From a virus (lineage: Duplodnaviria > Caudoviricetes): a stretch of 40,892 bases of DNA. The translations under genes were made by a program, and so were the position numbers. The stretch covers positions 1 to 40,892 of IMG/VR virus record IMGVR_UViG_3300011438_000019, one strand, 5' to 3'. Under the pieces are notes generated by a model. The model was not told the origin of the DNA and made no database searches. It was given only the letters and a program-made list of their open reading frames with translations. Positions 8,163-16,761 of the stretch are shown here, piece by piece. Position 1 is the first letter of the stretch, and every line of letters begins with the position of its first letter.

Positions 8163-10637
8163 TTATCGCTTTGGCTTCTTCTTTCCTTTCCTGGACTCTC
8201 GCACTTGCCTGTCTTCGCTTTCGTTGTAGTGACCATGGACAGCACGGCGTCCCTTTGTAACGATGTCTCCGCGATCCATGCTCTTCTGATCTCGCACACG
8301 ATCAGGAGTCAGCATCGCGTCCCGCTTGTGGTGTAGTCCAGGTTTGCGAGAGATAAGTGTCGCAGCCTCGCGCTTAATCCCAGATGCCACATCACGAGGA
8401 TCGAAGGGGTACGCGGTCTTTCGTCCGCTTGTGCTGGAAGGAACGGATGTCCCACCACGGACGTCTCCCTTTGGAGATCCTCCAGCATCTGGAGCCAGAC
8501 TTGTCCCGCCTCCTTGCGGGAGCATTCCCTTATCTGCCCCTCCACCATCTGCTCCCTTCTCTGGAGCTTGCTGACCCTTCAGGATCTGAGCGTATGCAGC
8601 ATTGACCATCAGCTCCTTCTGAGCGTCTTCTTCCGCGATCTGTTTCTGCTCTTCCTCGTACTCGTAGGACGTGATGCTCAGCTCCCGAGCCGCCATTGTG
8701 GAGGCACGACGGTGGGAGATATGGCTCATAGACTCCTCGAACGCGATGTCCTTGAGCTTCTCGCTCCGGTTCTCTTCGGCGATAGCTGGATACGTGATCT
8801 CGACCTTGACCTCCAGCTTGTCCGGAAGCTTCTTCATTTCCTTGGCACGTTGGAAGACGCGCTCACAGTCCTGCTGGAAGAAGCATTCCATGATGTCCTG
8901 ATAGTCTTCAAAGGTCTTGATATCCGGTTCCGTACCGACAAGAGCTCCCGCCTTCGTTCCAGAGGAGGGGAGACCGAGATACTCTTGAGAAATGCCAGCA
9001 CCGACCGCGGTGATGACCATCAGCATGTCCCAGTCCGCCGTGACATCACCAGCTCCGACTTCAGCTCGGATGCCTTGGAGCTCAGCCGCCTTGTTATGGA
9101 TGAAGAACGATCCCGGAGTCGGCGGAGTGGAGAATTGCGCTCGAGCCGTAGTGACTTCGGTTTCCCCGCCTTCCACGGACACGTCCAGGACGAACAGGTT
9201 CGCCATCTTGTTTCGGATGACGCGGTCTGTGGCAAACTCCTTCACTCGCTTCAGCCAGCCAAGGACTGCAAAGATCTCGCTTCGCCCTCGGACTTCGCCT
9301 GCGACCGTGTTGATCTTCATGTGGTAGAAATGGAGCGATGGAACTTGCCGGATGATGTACTTGATCGTTGGAATCGGCAGGTCTACGAACCATTGATACC
9401 GAGTGGGATACTGCTGATGGAGGTAGAAAATGTTCTCGCAGTCATCCGGGTCAGTGACGACCTCCCAGACAGTGGAGGGGTCGATCTGCCTGACCTTCAA
9501 TCCCCACGGAGCTTCGAAGTAGCGGGGAAACTGCTCGCCGAAGATCACGAGGTCGCGCAGAATCTGCTTCGACCGGATGACCATGCTGTTTCTGCGCCAG
9601 TGTTCGTCGAGGATCCCTTGCGCCTGCTCACGATAGTCCAAGACCTCATCCATCTTCTCGCCTGTCTGCTCATCGGGAACCGTCTTTCCGGTCGCGAGCT
9701 CTGCAGAAATGACGGTAGCCTCGACACCCTTTCCAAGGACGAACTGAGGGATGATCTTGCAGATGCGCTTCGCGATTGGATTGTGCGTCCATGCTTCGAA
9801 CGCTTTGGAGTGCATGTCCAAATAATCGAACCAGTAGAGCTGTTTGCTGTACGGGCCTGACATGAGAGGAAGGAAGTCCATCTCCCTCCCGACTCCTGAG
9901 ACATCTGTGACGACGCCAGCGTTCGCAGCGGCATCATCCAGAGCGAAGCGATCTTGTCCACTATCGAAACTGATCCCGGACTCTTTGATTCCCTTGGACT
10001 CCTTCAGATGCTTGAAGTCCTTGGACTCCTTCAGCCTGTTGAGGAGTGCGACGTCAACCTGCCGGAAGGTACGGACGAGCCTCGGATCGAGCCTGATACC
10101 GATCGGGGTCGCGCTCTCTTCTGCGCCGAGGACAGTCTTCTTGGCGAGAGACACGACGTTTCGCATGACAAGCGAAGACTCTCGCAGACGACGATAGTGA
10201 TTGCTGTGCATGTACTCCGCGATGGTTGGAAAGTGAGCTTCGCGGAACTTGCCCTGCTTCATCTCGTTCATCGTCGAGGTGATCAGCTTGGCATCAATGT
10301 CCACGACGACGGCTTCACGGAGATACTTGATGTGAGTCCCCTGAGCAGATTCATCGATCTTGCCGAGCGCGGTGACTTCCGCCTGCGTTGGTGGGTCAAT
10401 GAGTCCAGGAATGACAGCGAGCGCAGGTTTGATGCGACGCTTGTACTCCTCGATGGAGAAAGAGGATTCCTCCACTGTCAGGAGAGGAGCTTCCTCGTCC
10501 AGATAATCGCCGCCTGTATTGAATCGGTCAACGATGTCCCTCGGCTTCTTCGCCTTCGCGGAAATCGTGCGAAAGGGAAGAGCCTGATGCAGCGAAGGGG
10601 GAGCATTCGTCGGGTTCACTATGTTCGTCGAGCTCAT
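8163..10637 (-). CDS. phage portal protein with long N- and C-terminal extensions
   Basis: 824 aa downstream of terminase; portal-like core (NPIAKRI...FVLGKG; RDLVIFGE; IDPS.V..V.TDPDD; RGRSEI); disordered Gly/Pro-rich tail. Confidence 0.75.
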   Translation of the reverse strand: MSSTNIVNPTNAPPSLHQALPFRTISAKAKKPRDIVDRFNTGGDYLDEEAPLLTVEESSFSIEEYKRRIKPALAVIPGLIDPPTQAEVTALGKIDESAQGTHIKYLREAVVVDIDAKLITSTMNEMKQGKFREAHFPTIAEYMHSNHYRRLRESSLVMRNVVSLAKKTVLGAEESATPIGIRLDPRLVRTFRQVDVALLNRLKESKDFKHLKESKGIKESGISFDSGQDRFALDDAAANAGVVTDVSGVGREMDFLPLMSGPYSKQLYWFDYLDMHSKAFEAWTHNPIAKRICKIIPQFVLGKGVEATVISAELATGKTVPDEQTGEKMDEVLDYREQAQGILDEHWRRNSMVIRSKQILRDLVIFGEQFPRYFEAPWGLKVRQIDPSTVWEVVTDPDDCENIFYLHQQYPTRYQWFVDLPIPTIKYIIRQVPSLHFYHMKINTVAGEVRGRSEIFAVLGWLKRVKEFATDRVIRNKMANLFVLDVSVEGGETEVTTARAQFSTPPTPGSFFIHNKAAELQGIRAEVGAGDVTADWDMLMVITAVGAGISQEYLGLPSSGTKAGALVGTEPDIKTFEDYQDIMECFFQQDCERVFQRAKEMKKLPDKLEVKVEITYPAIAEENRSEKLKDIAFEESMSHISHRRASTMAARELSITSYEYEEEQKQIAEEDAQKELMVNAAYAQILKGQQAPEKGADGGGADKGMLPQGGGTSLAPDAGGSPKGDVRGGTSVPSSTSGRKTAYPFDPRDVASGIKREAATLISRKPGLHHKRDAMLTPDRVRDQKSMDRGDIVTKGRRAVHGHYNESEDRQVRESRKGKKKPKR

Positions 10638-10646
10638 GCGGTCTCC

Positions 10647-10895
10647 CTATCCACTGAATTTCTTGTGGGCCTTCTTTCGGATCTTCTTTGCGACATCTGG
10701 ACGACCTTCACCGTGATGCTTCTGCGCGATCTTCAGCATTCCCGCTTTCTTGTGCTGTTTGGTAAGTTCTTCTTCGGCTTCGTTGGATTCCCGGAGGCGT
10801 CGGCCTTCTCTGACTTCTCGCTTCGCAGCTTCACGGACTCGCCTCACAGAAGTGAGTTCTTGCTGTTGGAAAAATGTCGTGCCCCGATAGCTCAT
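10647..10895 (-). CDS. small basic protein, candidate internal head protein
   Basis: Shares N-terminal leader with 10892..11284; VREA and LRES sites. Confidence 0.6.
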   Translation of the reverse strand: MSYRGTTFFQQQELTSVRRVREAAKREVREGRRLRESNEAEEELTKQHKKAGMLKIAQKHHGEGRPDVAKKIRKKAHKKFSG

Positions 10896-11284
10896 TCTGG
10901 CTCCTTTGCTTTGCCTGAGATTCGGTCGAGGATCTGGCGTGCTTTCCCTTGATTCTTGAGCGCTCGCTCCAGGTCTTCGCTGAGGTATGCCGCGTTCGCT
11001 GCCTTCATTGCGGAACGAGCCATCGTGAGGCGGAACTTGTTTGGAAGGGACAGGCTCTTCTCCTGTTCGGCGACAGTGTTGATGTCACTCTTTATAGAGT
11101 TCGCCTGACTCCAGAATTGCGTCTCCATCTGACCGCGAGGACGCTTCTCCTCGTCGTCGGGACTTTGCTGATGTTGTCCCCACTTCATGCCCTTGACGCC
11201 CTTCTCTTTCATCGCCTCTCTGAGAGCGCGAACAGAAGAGAGTTCCGCATTCTTAGGAAGAGTCTGTACACCACGATACGCCAT
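10892..11284 (-). CDS. small protein, candidate internal head protein
   Basis: GGAGG RBS; N-terminal MAYRG...ELSSVRALREA. Confidence 0.65.
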   Translation of the reverse strand: MAYRGVQTLPKNAELSSVRALREAMKEKGVKGMKWGQHQQSPDDEEKRPRGQMETQFWSQANSIKSDINTVAEQEKSLSLPNKFRLTMARSAMKAANAAYLSEDLERALKNQGKARQILDRISGKAKEPE

Positions 11285-11310
11285 GGATCCTCCACCTAAT
11301 AGTTACTGCC

Positions 11311-11949
11311 TCAATAGGGCGACTTGAAGACGTCGAACGGATCACCTGAGCGTGAGCCTGCTCTGCCAAGCTGCGCGATCGCGAATCCGGGAGCTCGAGT
11401 AGCGACCAGCTTCTGACCTTGGATGTCTTCGTTCATGCACATGTGAACGACGCCGACGACAGCGTCCACCGTGTCGTCGTGGTCACCAAACGGGAAATCG
11501 CCAGCTTCGGCGACGAACCTGCGAAGAGTCGGATGGACAACGAGGACACCGTTCTCCAGGATTCCGCGCAGACGCACTCGTCCAGTCTCAAAATGTGGGG
11601 TCGTGATCTGAGCACGAAAGACTTTGTCTCCAGGAAATTTGACCGGATAGGTTGGAACATCCTTCTCCCACGCTGCCTGACCGAGAGCCCACTGGTAGGC
11701 GTAGTCCTCGATTCCGACCTTCCATGACTTCCAGAACTTGTGCTCTCGAATGATCGCTTTGACCTGCTCAGGAAATGGAATCTGGGCGCGATAGATGTCG
11801 AGCAGGTAGATGAGAGAGGCGACCCGAGCAGCCGTTGCGATGACGAACCAGTCTGCTCGCACCGTCCCATCGGGGTTCATTTTCACTCCGGGGTCTTTCT
11901 CGCTCTTGATGGCGAGGTCTGCGAACTGAACTGGTCTGAGAGTGATCAT
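11311..11949 (-). CDS. terL: terminase large subunit, C-terminal RNase H-like nuclease domain (separate gene)
   Basis: FADLA, GIED, DK..RA, FPFGDHDDTVDA match the acidic catalytic pattern of the TerL nuclease domain; own GGAGG RBS. Confidence 0.85.
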   Translation of the reverse strand: MITLRPVQFADLAIKSEKDPGVKMNPDGTVRADWFVIATAARVASLIYLLDIYRAQIPFPEQVKAIIREHKFWKSWKVGIEDYAYQWALGQAAWEKDVPTYPVKFPGDKVFRAQITTPHFETGRVRLRGILENGVLVVHPTLRRFVAEAGDFPFGDHDDTVDAVVGVVHMCMNEDIQGQKLVATRAPGFAIAQLGRAGSRSGDPFDVFKSPY

Positions 11950-12762
11950 CTAATTCTTGTTCTTCCTCCACCGGATTGCCCGATCGTCAATGTAGAATTC
12001 TGCCGGAGGCTTCACGTTTGTCACAGCATCCACTTGGAAACCATTGTTCCGGAGCCACGCTCCAAGATGAGAATGGAGTTCCTTTGGGCGAGCAGTCAAC
12101 ACGACGACGCGGTATCCTTTTGCCTTCAGATTTCTGACGAGAGTGACGCCAGCCTTCAGCGGCTTCCCGACCTTCGTGATAGGCCATCCCTCTTCGTGGT
12201 ATGCAAGGACTCCGTCGAAGTCCACGCAAGCGGTCTTCTGCTTCGGCTGGACGAGACTCTTCGCCTCTGAAATATGCCCGAGCTTCTTCATCGCACCGAG
12301 TCGGAAAGAGCCTAGACCCTTGCGGTAGTAGACTGCCTCTTTTCCGTTCCGTCTGTCAAATATGATGGTGTGCGCTACTAGTCCGCCTCTCTTCGCCGCT
12401 TGTAGCTTCGACCTGAGCGAAGTGGGATGCATCGTCACCTTGTCATTCTTGCCAGCGACGATGGTCTTGACTTCGACGACATGCTTCCCGACCCGGACGT
12501 CGAACGAGTCTTGATGACTCTCACTGACTTCTCCGCCGAGGGCTTCTGCGACGAGGCGCTCGTTCTCTTTCGTCAGGTCATATTTCTTCTTTGTGTGCGG
12601 AATATGACTGCTCTTTGCAAGGCGAACTCTGACCGACCGTTCTCTCGCGGCTTCATTGAGAACACGATCGGCTTCCTTTCCTCGGAAGACTGTCTGTGGA
12701 GGCTGTGACTCCAGAAGCCGCTGTTCGTAGAGCTCATCACGATCGGAGCCGAGACCGTTCAT
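11950..12762 (-). CDS. PD-(D/E)XK nuclease-like domain fused to HAD-family phosphatase domain
   Basis: ENE...SFDV...VVEVKT, then VDFDGVL / LTAR / KP / YIDDRA (HAD motifs I-IV). Confidence 0.7.
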   Translation of the reverse strand: MNGLGSDRDELYEQRLLESQPPQTVFRGKEADRVLNEAARERSVRVRLAKSSHIPHTKKKYDLTKENERLVAEALGGEVSESHQDSFDVRVGKHVVEVKTIVAGKNDKVTMHPTSLRSKLQAAKRGGLVAHTIIFDRRNGKEAVYYRKGLGSFRLGAMKKLGHISEAKSLVQPKQKTACVDFDGVLAYHEEGWPITKVGKPLKAGVTLVRNLKAKGYRVVVLTARPKELHSHLGAWLRNNGFQVDAVTNVKPPAEFYIDDRAIRWRKNKN

Positions 12763-13358
12763 CGGAGGACCTCCAGAATTGCAGGAATGCTGGATTTCTT
12801 GGCCGGAAAATGAAAGACCGACGGCCAGCCGAGGCGTCTGATCCTTCTGTTTCTCCTTCGATCCTTAGCCTTGTTCAGATGCCACGGCATTCCGTCTATC
12901 TCGATTGCTATTCTCCTCTGTGGGAAAGCGATGTCCACAAAAAGACGACCGACCCGATAGTTCAAGCGGATTCCTTTAATTCCACGACGACAGAGAGAAC
13001 GGAAGATAGACACTTGGACACGGGAAGTTTTGCGACGCACATTTTCACGCAGCGTCTCAGACATCCGGTCAACGAATGACTTGTTTCTCCATTTCTTCTT
13101 AGAAGCTTTGGAGTAGTTCTCGACGTCGGTATTTCTAGCTCTCGAAGAAGTCCAATTTTCTCTGTAGTCCCCTGTCTGCCATAGACGACGCCTGCTTCTG
13201 GACATTTTTGCTATGGCCTGGAGAGAATGCTTCTTTCCTTTCATTCCACCAGAAGAAAGACGGCTTCTCTTCAAAGGGTCTTCCCACGCTCTCTCCATCG
13301 AGCGACTTTGGGACTCACAGTGCTGTTGAGACCTAGCATAAATTCCGCTCGGCATCAC
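12759..13358 (-). CDS. free-standing homing endonuclease, NUMOD3 plus Vsr/DUF559-like domain
   Basis: MKGKKHS...AKMS (NUMOD3); VDIAF...IAIEIDG..WH...D...LGW (Vsr-like). Confidence 0.8.
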   Translation of the reverse strand: MMPSGIYARSQQHCESQSRSMERAWEDPLKRSRLSSGGMKGKKHSLQAIAKMSRSRRRLWQTGDYRENWTSSRARNTDVENYSKASKKKWRNKSFVDRMSETLRENVRRKTSRVQVSIFRSLCRRGIKGIRLNYRVGRLFVDIAFPQRRIAIEIDGMPWHLNKAKDRRRNRRIRRLGWPSVFHFPAKKSSIPAILEVLR

Positions 13359-14566
13359 TGTGCTCCTTCCAAATAGACGTACCCATCTTCAGGGTTAAAA
13401 TACAATTGGTTTGTGTCAAAGAAGGAGAACCACGAGCGATTGAAGATCGCGCCCTCTGCTGCTGAGATCTCGTTCTGCTTCTCCCTATCAAAATAGATAG
13501 AGCCTTGAGCCGCTCGGTCGAGCAGAAGCTCTTTGATTCCCCATCCGAACAGAACAGGCTTTCCACTGTCCGGATCTACGACTGCTCTGCCGTCATTGTC
13601 CACGAGAGGAGTACTCGGCCACAGAACTTTGTAGTCATCGGTGAGCAGCTTGACGTCCACGACCTTTTCTTCACTGCGAAGCTGATTTGGATGGTCTATG
13701 ATGCGATCGCTGTCAGTGATGTACTGCCATCCCTGCTTCATCTGTCCGGGCTTCTCTGGGTCGGGGATCATCGGATATTTGATGATGGCGCGTTCAGCAT
13801 TCGTTTTCCAGAGCGGAGACTGGATCAAAGTATTGTAGAGGTCACGACGATTCTTGCGCGTACCGACCATCGTGTACTTCGTGTAGGACTCACGGAGGTT
13901 CCAGACTGTTCCCCAGAACCAGTTCTCGATGGCGTCCATGCGTTCAACGTTCTTCGTGTTCTCGTCGTCCAGAATGTCATCGCCACCGACTCTGTGGAAG
14001 TGGCCTCCGGTGATGGCTCCAAGGACGCCGACCTTTTCGTAGGTGTAGTCCTTTTCTAGAGAATCCGTTCCAGTTCGTTTGCAGCGAAAATATCCCTTCA
14101 ACCACTCTCTCATGTCCCGAATGTCGCCGAAGTCCCTTGCGAGCCAGACGTTATCTTCAATCGTCTGACGAACCTGACCGCCATACTTGCTCGCCTGCTC
14201 ATCCGTCTTAGCAATTTGAAGGAAGCGTGCATCCACAGACTTGAGACCGCTGCGGATGAAGGACGCGTAGATTTCGTAGAGAGGCAGACCATAGGAAAAG
14301 ATCCACGACTTCCCGTGGTCCCGAGGGGCAAGCTCCAAGAGATATTTGATCATCCAGAGGAGAATCCAGTTCCTCTGGTGCTCTGGCAGTTTGAACCCGA
14401 GGTAGTAGAGAAGAAAAAACTCGGGCGATTTCAAAGTGAGTGCGAATCTGAAGTCAGGCGACAGATATTCTTGAATCAGCGATCGGACTCCATTGACACC
14501 CTTCGCTGCATTAAGCTTCTGTGCCAGTCTCTCCGGGTTGACTTTCGTGTACTTCTTTGCTCGCAC
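13355..14566 (-). CDS. terL: terminase large subunit, N-terminal ATPase domain (separate gene)
   Basis: Walker A APRDHGKS; ITGGHF..VGGDD Walker B; VGTR coupling motif; ends at F..E.QN...GAIF...WF linker. Confidence 0.9.
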   Translation of the reverse strand: MRAKKYTKVNPERLAQKLNAAKGVNGVRSLIQEYLSPDFRFALTLKSPEFFLLYYLGFKLPEHQRNWILLWMIKYLLELAPRDHGKSWIFSYGLPLYEIYASFIRSGLKSVDARFLQIAKTDEQASKYGGQVRQTIEDNVWLARDFGDIRDMREWLKGYFRCKRTGTDSLEKDYTYEKVGVLGAITGGHFHRVGGDDILDDENTKNVERMDAIENWFWGTVWNLRESYTKYTMVGTRKNRRDLYNTLIQSPLWKTNAERAIIKYPMIPDPEKPGQMKQGWQYITDSDRIIDHPNQLRSEEKVVDVKLLTDDYKVLWPSTPLVDNDGRAVVDPDSGKPVLFGWGIKELLLDRAAQGSIYFDREKQNEISAAEGAIFNRSWFSFFDTNQLYFNPEDGYVYLEGAQ

Positions 14567-15185
14567 GAGATGGAAGTCCCTTCTTAGGTTCCGGCGTCAC
14601 ATCTATAACCTGTCCCTGAGCTCTGCTGACCAGCGCATTGACGAACTGGAGGATCATCTCTGGGCCGACGCCGTGCTGCGTGATGTCCGCAATGACGCGG
14701 GACTCCACGACCCCTCCGACCTCTGACTTGGACGCGATGTTCGTCTTGTACTTTCCACGCCCTTTGAGGAAATCCTTCGCTGCGTCGTAGGCAAAGTAGA
14801 TGTCTGGCGACTGCATAGCGTCCTCCACGACACGGACGGCGCGAGGATACAGAGCGTCCAATTGCTTTTCCGTAAGACCAGACCGCTTCTTTGCGTAGTT
14901 CAGATAATAGTTTCGGAAGAGTGGATGGGCACGTCTCCAACGGTAGAAACTGTGCGGAGTGACATGGACGAGCTCGCAGGCTTCCGTGACAGGGACGCCG
15001 TCCACGATGAGGCGAGCCAGCCTCTTCTGCTTCTTCGTGATCTTATTGTAGCCTCGTGGAAGATCCCCTGTAGATACACGGATCTCATATCTCTGTGTCC
15101 GGGTCAGCCCTTTGTCCAGGCCTCTGCGCTTCATCTCATCTTTCGCTAGTCTAGGAAATCTATGGATGCCGTCAGCGCAGAGCAC
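14511..15185 (-). CDS. terminase small subunit-like HTH protein
   Basis: HTH (VTEACELVHVTPHSFYRW); directly upstream of TerL; GGAGG RBS before GTG start. Confidence 0.7.
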   Translation of the reverse strand: MLCADGIHRFPRLAKDEMKRRGLDKGLTRTQRYEIRVSTGDLPRGYNKITKKQKRLARLIVDGVPVTEACELVHVTPHSFYRWRRAHPLFRNYYLNYAKKRSGLTEKQLDALYPRAVRVVEDAMQSPDIYFAYDAAKDFLKGRGKYKTNIASKSEVGGVVESRVIADITQHGVGPEMILQFVNALVSRAQGQVIDVTPEPKKGLPSRASKEVHESQPGETGTEA

Positions 15186-15188
15186 GAG

Positions 15189-15488
15189 CTAGTTCCTCCC
15201 CTTAGATTTACTCTTCTTAGCCTTCTTGGACTCTGCATTCTGACTCGCTTTCACGGCGGACTGGAGCTCCGACTGGATGGTCGAGTAGTTCCGCGCCATA
15301 ATCATAAAGGCAGCGCAGATGAGCTGACCGACGATATGGCTCGGGCGCATAGCGACCTTCTGACCAGTCTCTTTCATCGCCGCAGCGTAGCCGACGTCGA
15401 AATTTCCACTCGCATCCTCGTCGCAGTAGACCGTCAGACGAGTGGCAGTCTTCGTCGTTTTCGGTTCCTTGCTATCTGGTTCAGTCAT
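15189..15488 (-). CDS. hypothetical protein
   Basis: ATGA-coupled; AGGAG RBS. Confidence 0.6.
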   Translation of the reverse strand: MTEPDSKEPKTTKTATRLTVYCDEDASGNFDVGYAAAMKETGQKVAMRPSHIVGQLICAAFMIMARNYSTIQSELQSAVKASQNAESKKAKKSKSKGRN

Positions 15489-15874
15489 GAACTTGCTCCT
15501 AGCTGACTTTCTGGAATAGCTCCTTCAGGCGTCAGAATTACTTTGTACTCGATCTGGAGGAGCGAGAGCTGACGATCCATCCGATCGGTTATCTTGTTCA
15601 TGAAGTCGGTGGGATCGATGAGACCCTTTTCGGCTAGGAGCTCTAGGATGCACATGATCTCGCAGCGCATGACCGCCTTGCCAGTCCAAGAGTCCAAGAC
15701 TTCGCCGATGATGCCTTCCTTCGAACGTGACGCAAGGAAATTCGCCAGATGGTCAAACCTCTTCACCTGTGCGATGTATTTCGCCTTGGAATCGTCACTC
15801 GCCTGCGCCATCCTATCGAACTGTTCCGTGTCGCCCGGAACGTACATGTCCGCTCCATGACTACTGTCAGCCAT
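15485..15874 (-). CDS. hypothetical protein
   Basis: AGGAGG RBS; tiling. Confidence 0.65.
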   Translation of the reverse strand: MADSSHGADMYVPGDTEQFDRMAQASDDSKAKYIAQVKRFDHLANFLASRSKEGIIGEVLDSWTGKAVMRCEIMCILELLAEKGLIDPTDFMNKITDRMDRQLSLLQIEYKVILTPEGAIPESQLGASS

Positions 15875-16337
15875 CGCTTTTCCTCCTATGAACTAGCAGC
15901 CAAGCATTCCAGAGATCCTCGAAGAACGAGAGCTCTACGGTCACAAGACCCGAAGCGAAGTCCCGAAGCTTGATCTTCTTAAGGTCTTTCTTCTTGGTGA
16001 AGCCGTGCTTCTTTGCCAGCTTCTTCTTCAGCTTTTCAAAACGAGCTCGGCCCTTTTTCGTCAGCGGAATCTTGCTGGCAAAGACGACGATCTCATCACC
16101 GACCGGAGCATATTTCAATTTCGTCTCTGCAAAGCTGGCATGGACGTTCAGAGACTTGCGCTTCTTGCATTCAACCTTGACCTTCTTCAAGAGTGGATAG
16201 CGACGGCGCATGTCCTTTGGGAAATACACATCAGTCGCCATCTTGCCGAAGCTCTCTGTCGTCCGATGACGACGCTTTCCGCCGAGAACTAAAGCGACCC
16301 GACGCTCCCAATTCTTCCACTTGCTCGTGTTCGCCAC
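15867..16337 (-). CDS. Holliday junction resolvase-like PD-(D/E)XK nuclease
   Basis: K..WERRVA...TDV...VECK motif of Hjc-type resolvases. Confidence 0.7.
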   Translation of the reverse strand: MANTSKWKNWERRVALVLGGKRRHRTTESFGKMATDVYFPKDMRRRYPLLKKVKVECKKRKSLNVHASFAETKLKYAPVGDEIVVFASKIPLTKKGRARFEKLKKKLAKKHGFTKKKDLKKIKLRDFASGLVTVELSFFEDLWNAWLLVHRRKSDG

Positions 16338-16345
16338 GACTCCTC

Positions 16346-16753
16346 CTAGACCTTCCAGCGTCTTCTGCTCTTCTTCCGCAGACGCAGCTTCTTCTTGCGA
16401 TGCTTGCCGACTGCAACGTCCGCTTCCTTGATCTTGGACGACTCCTTGTTGAGCCGTTTCATGTGACGAAATATGACGCGGATCTCTTTCTTCGTGACGT
16501 CGTACCTATTTGAGAGCTGAGTACTCAGACGCCTAGATTCTTTGGACGTCGTGGAGCGGATAAGCGTGTCATAGATCGCCAGATTGCGCTGCGCTTCCTG
16601 GAGATCCTTGGTCGTCGGAACGCGGATGGTCGTCCCTCCAAAGACAGTCAGCAGCTTCTCTGTGACTTCTGCACCGAAGATTCTGTAGAATTCCCCGACG
16701 AGCGACTTGGGGTAGAGACGAGACAGCTTGTCCAGTAGAAGCCGCATTGACAT
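16346..16753 (-). CDS. Mor/C-family transcriptional activator
   Basis: FGGTTIRVP...RNLAIY...LS.RY.V matches the Mu Mor family pattern. Confidence 0.75.
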   Translation of the reverse strand: MSMRLLLDKLSRLYPKSLVGEFYRIFGAEVTEKLLTVFGGTTIRVPTTKDLQEAQRNLAIYDTLIRSTTSKESRRLSTQLSNRYDVTKKEIRVIFRHMKRLNKESSKIKEADVAVGKHRKKKLRLRKKSRRRWKV

Positions 16754-16761
16754 GACGAGTT

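Noticed and set aside
10556-10567. Additional RFPR-coding sequence inside the portal gene
   Set aside because: Out of frame with the portal; counted as background.
8514-10952. Long plus-strand ORFs (448 aa, 332 aa; also 26692..27828, 38695..39561, 38822..39616)
   Set aside because: Antisense shadows of well-supported minus-strand genes; no motifs; poly-Ser/Phe/Leu products simply mirror D/E/K codons.
11950-13358. Group I intron or split intein in terL
   Set aside because: The interval is fully protein-coding with coupled starts and stops; no ribozyme core or intein terminal residues recognised.
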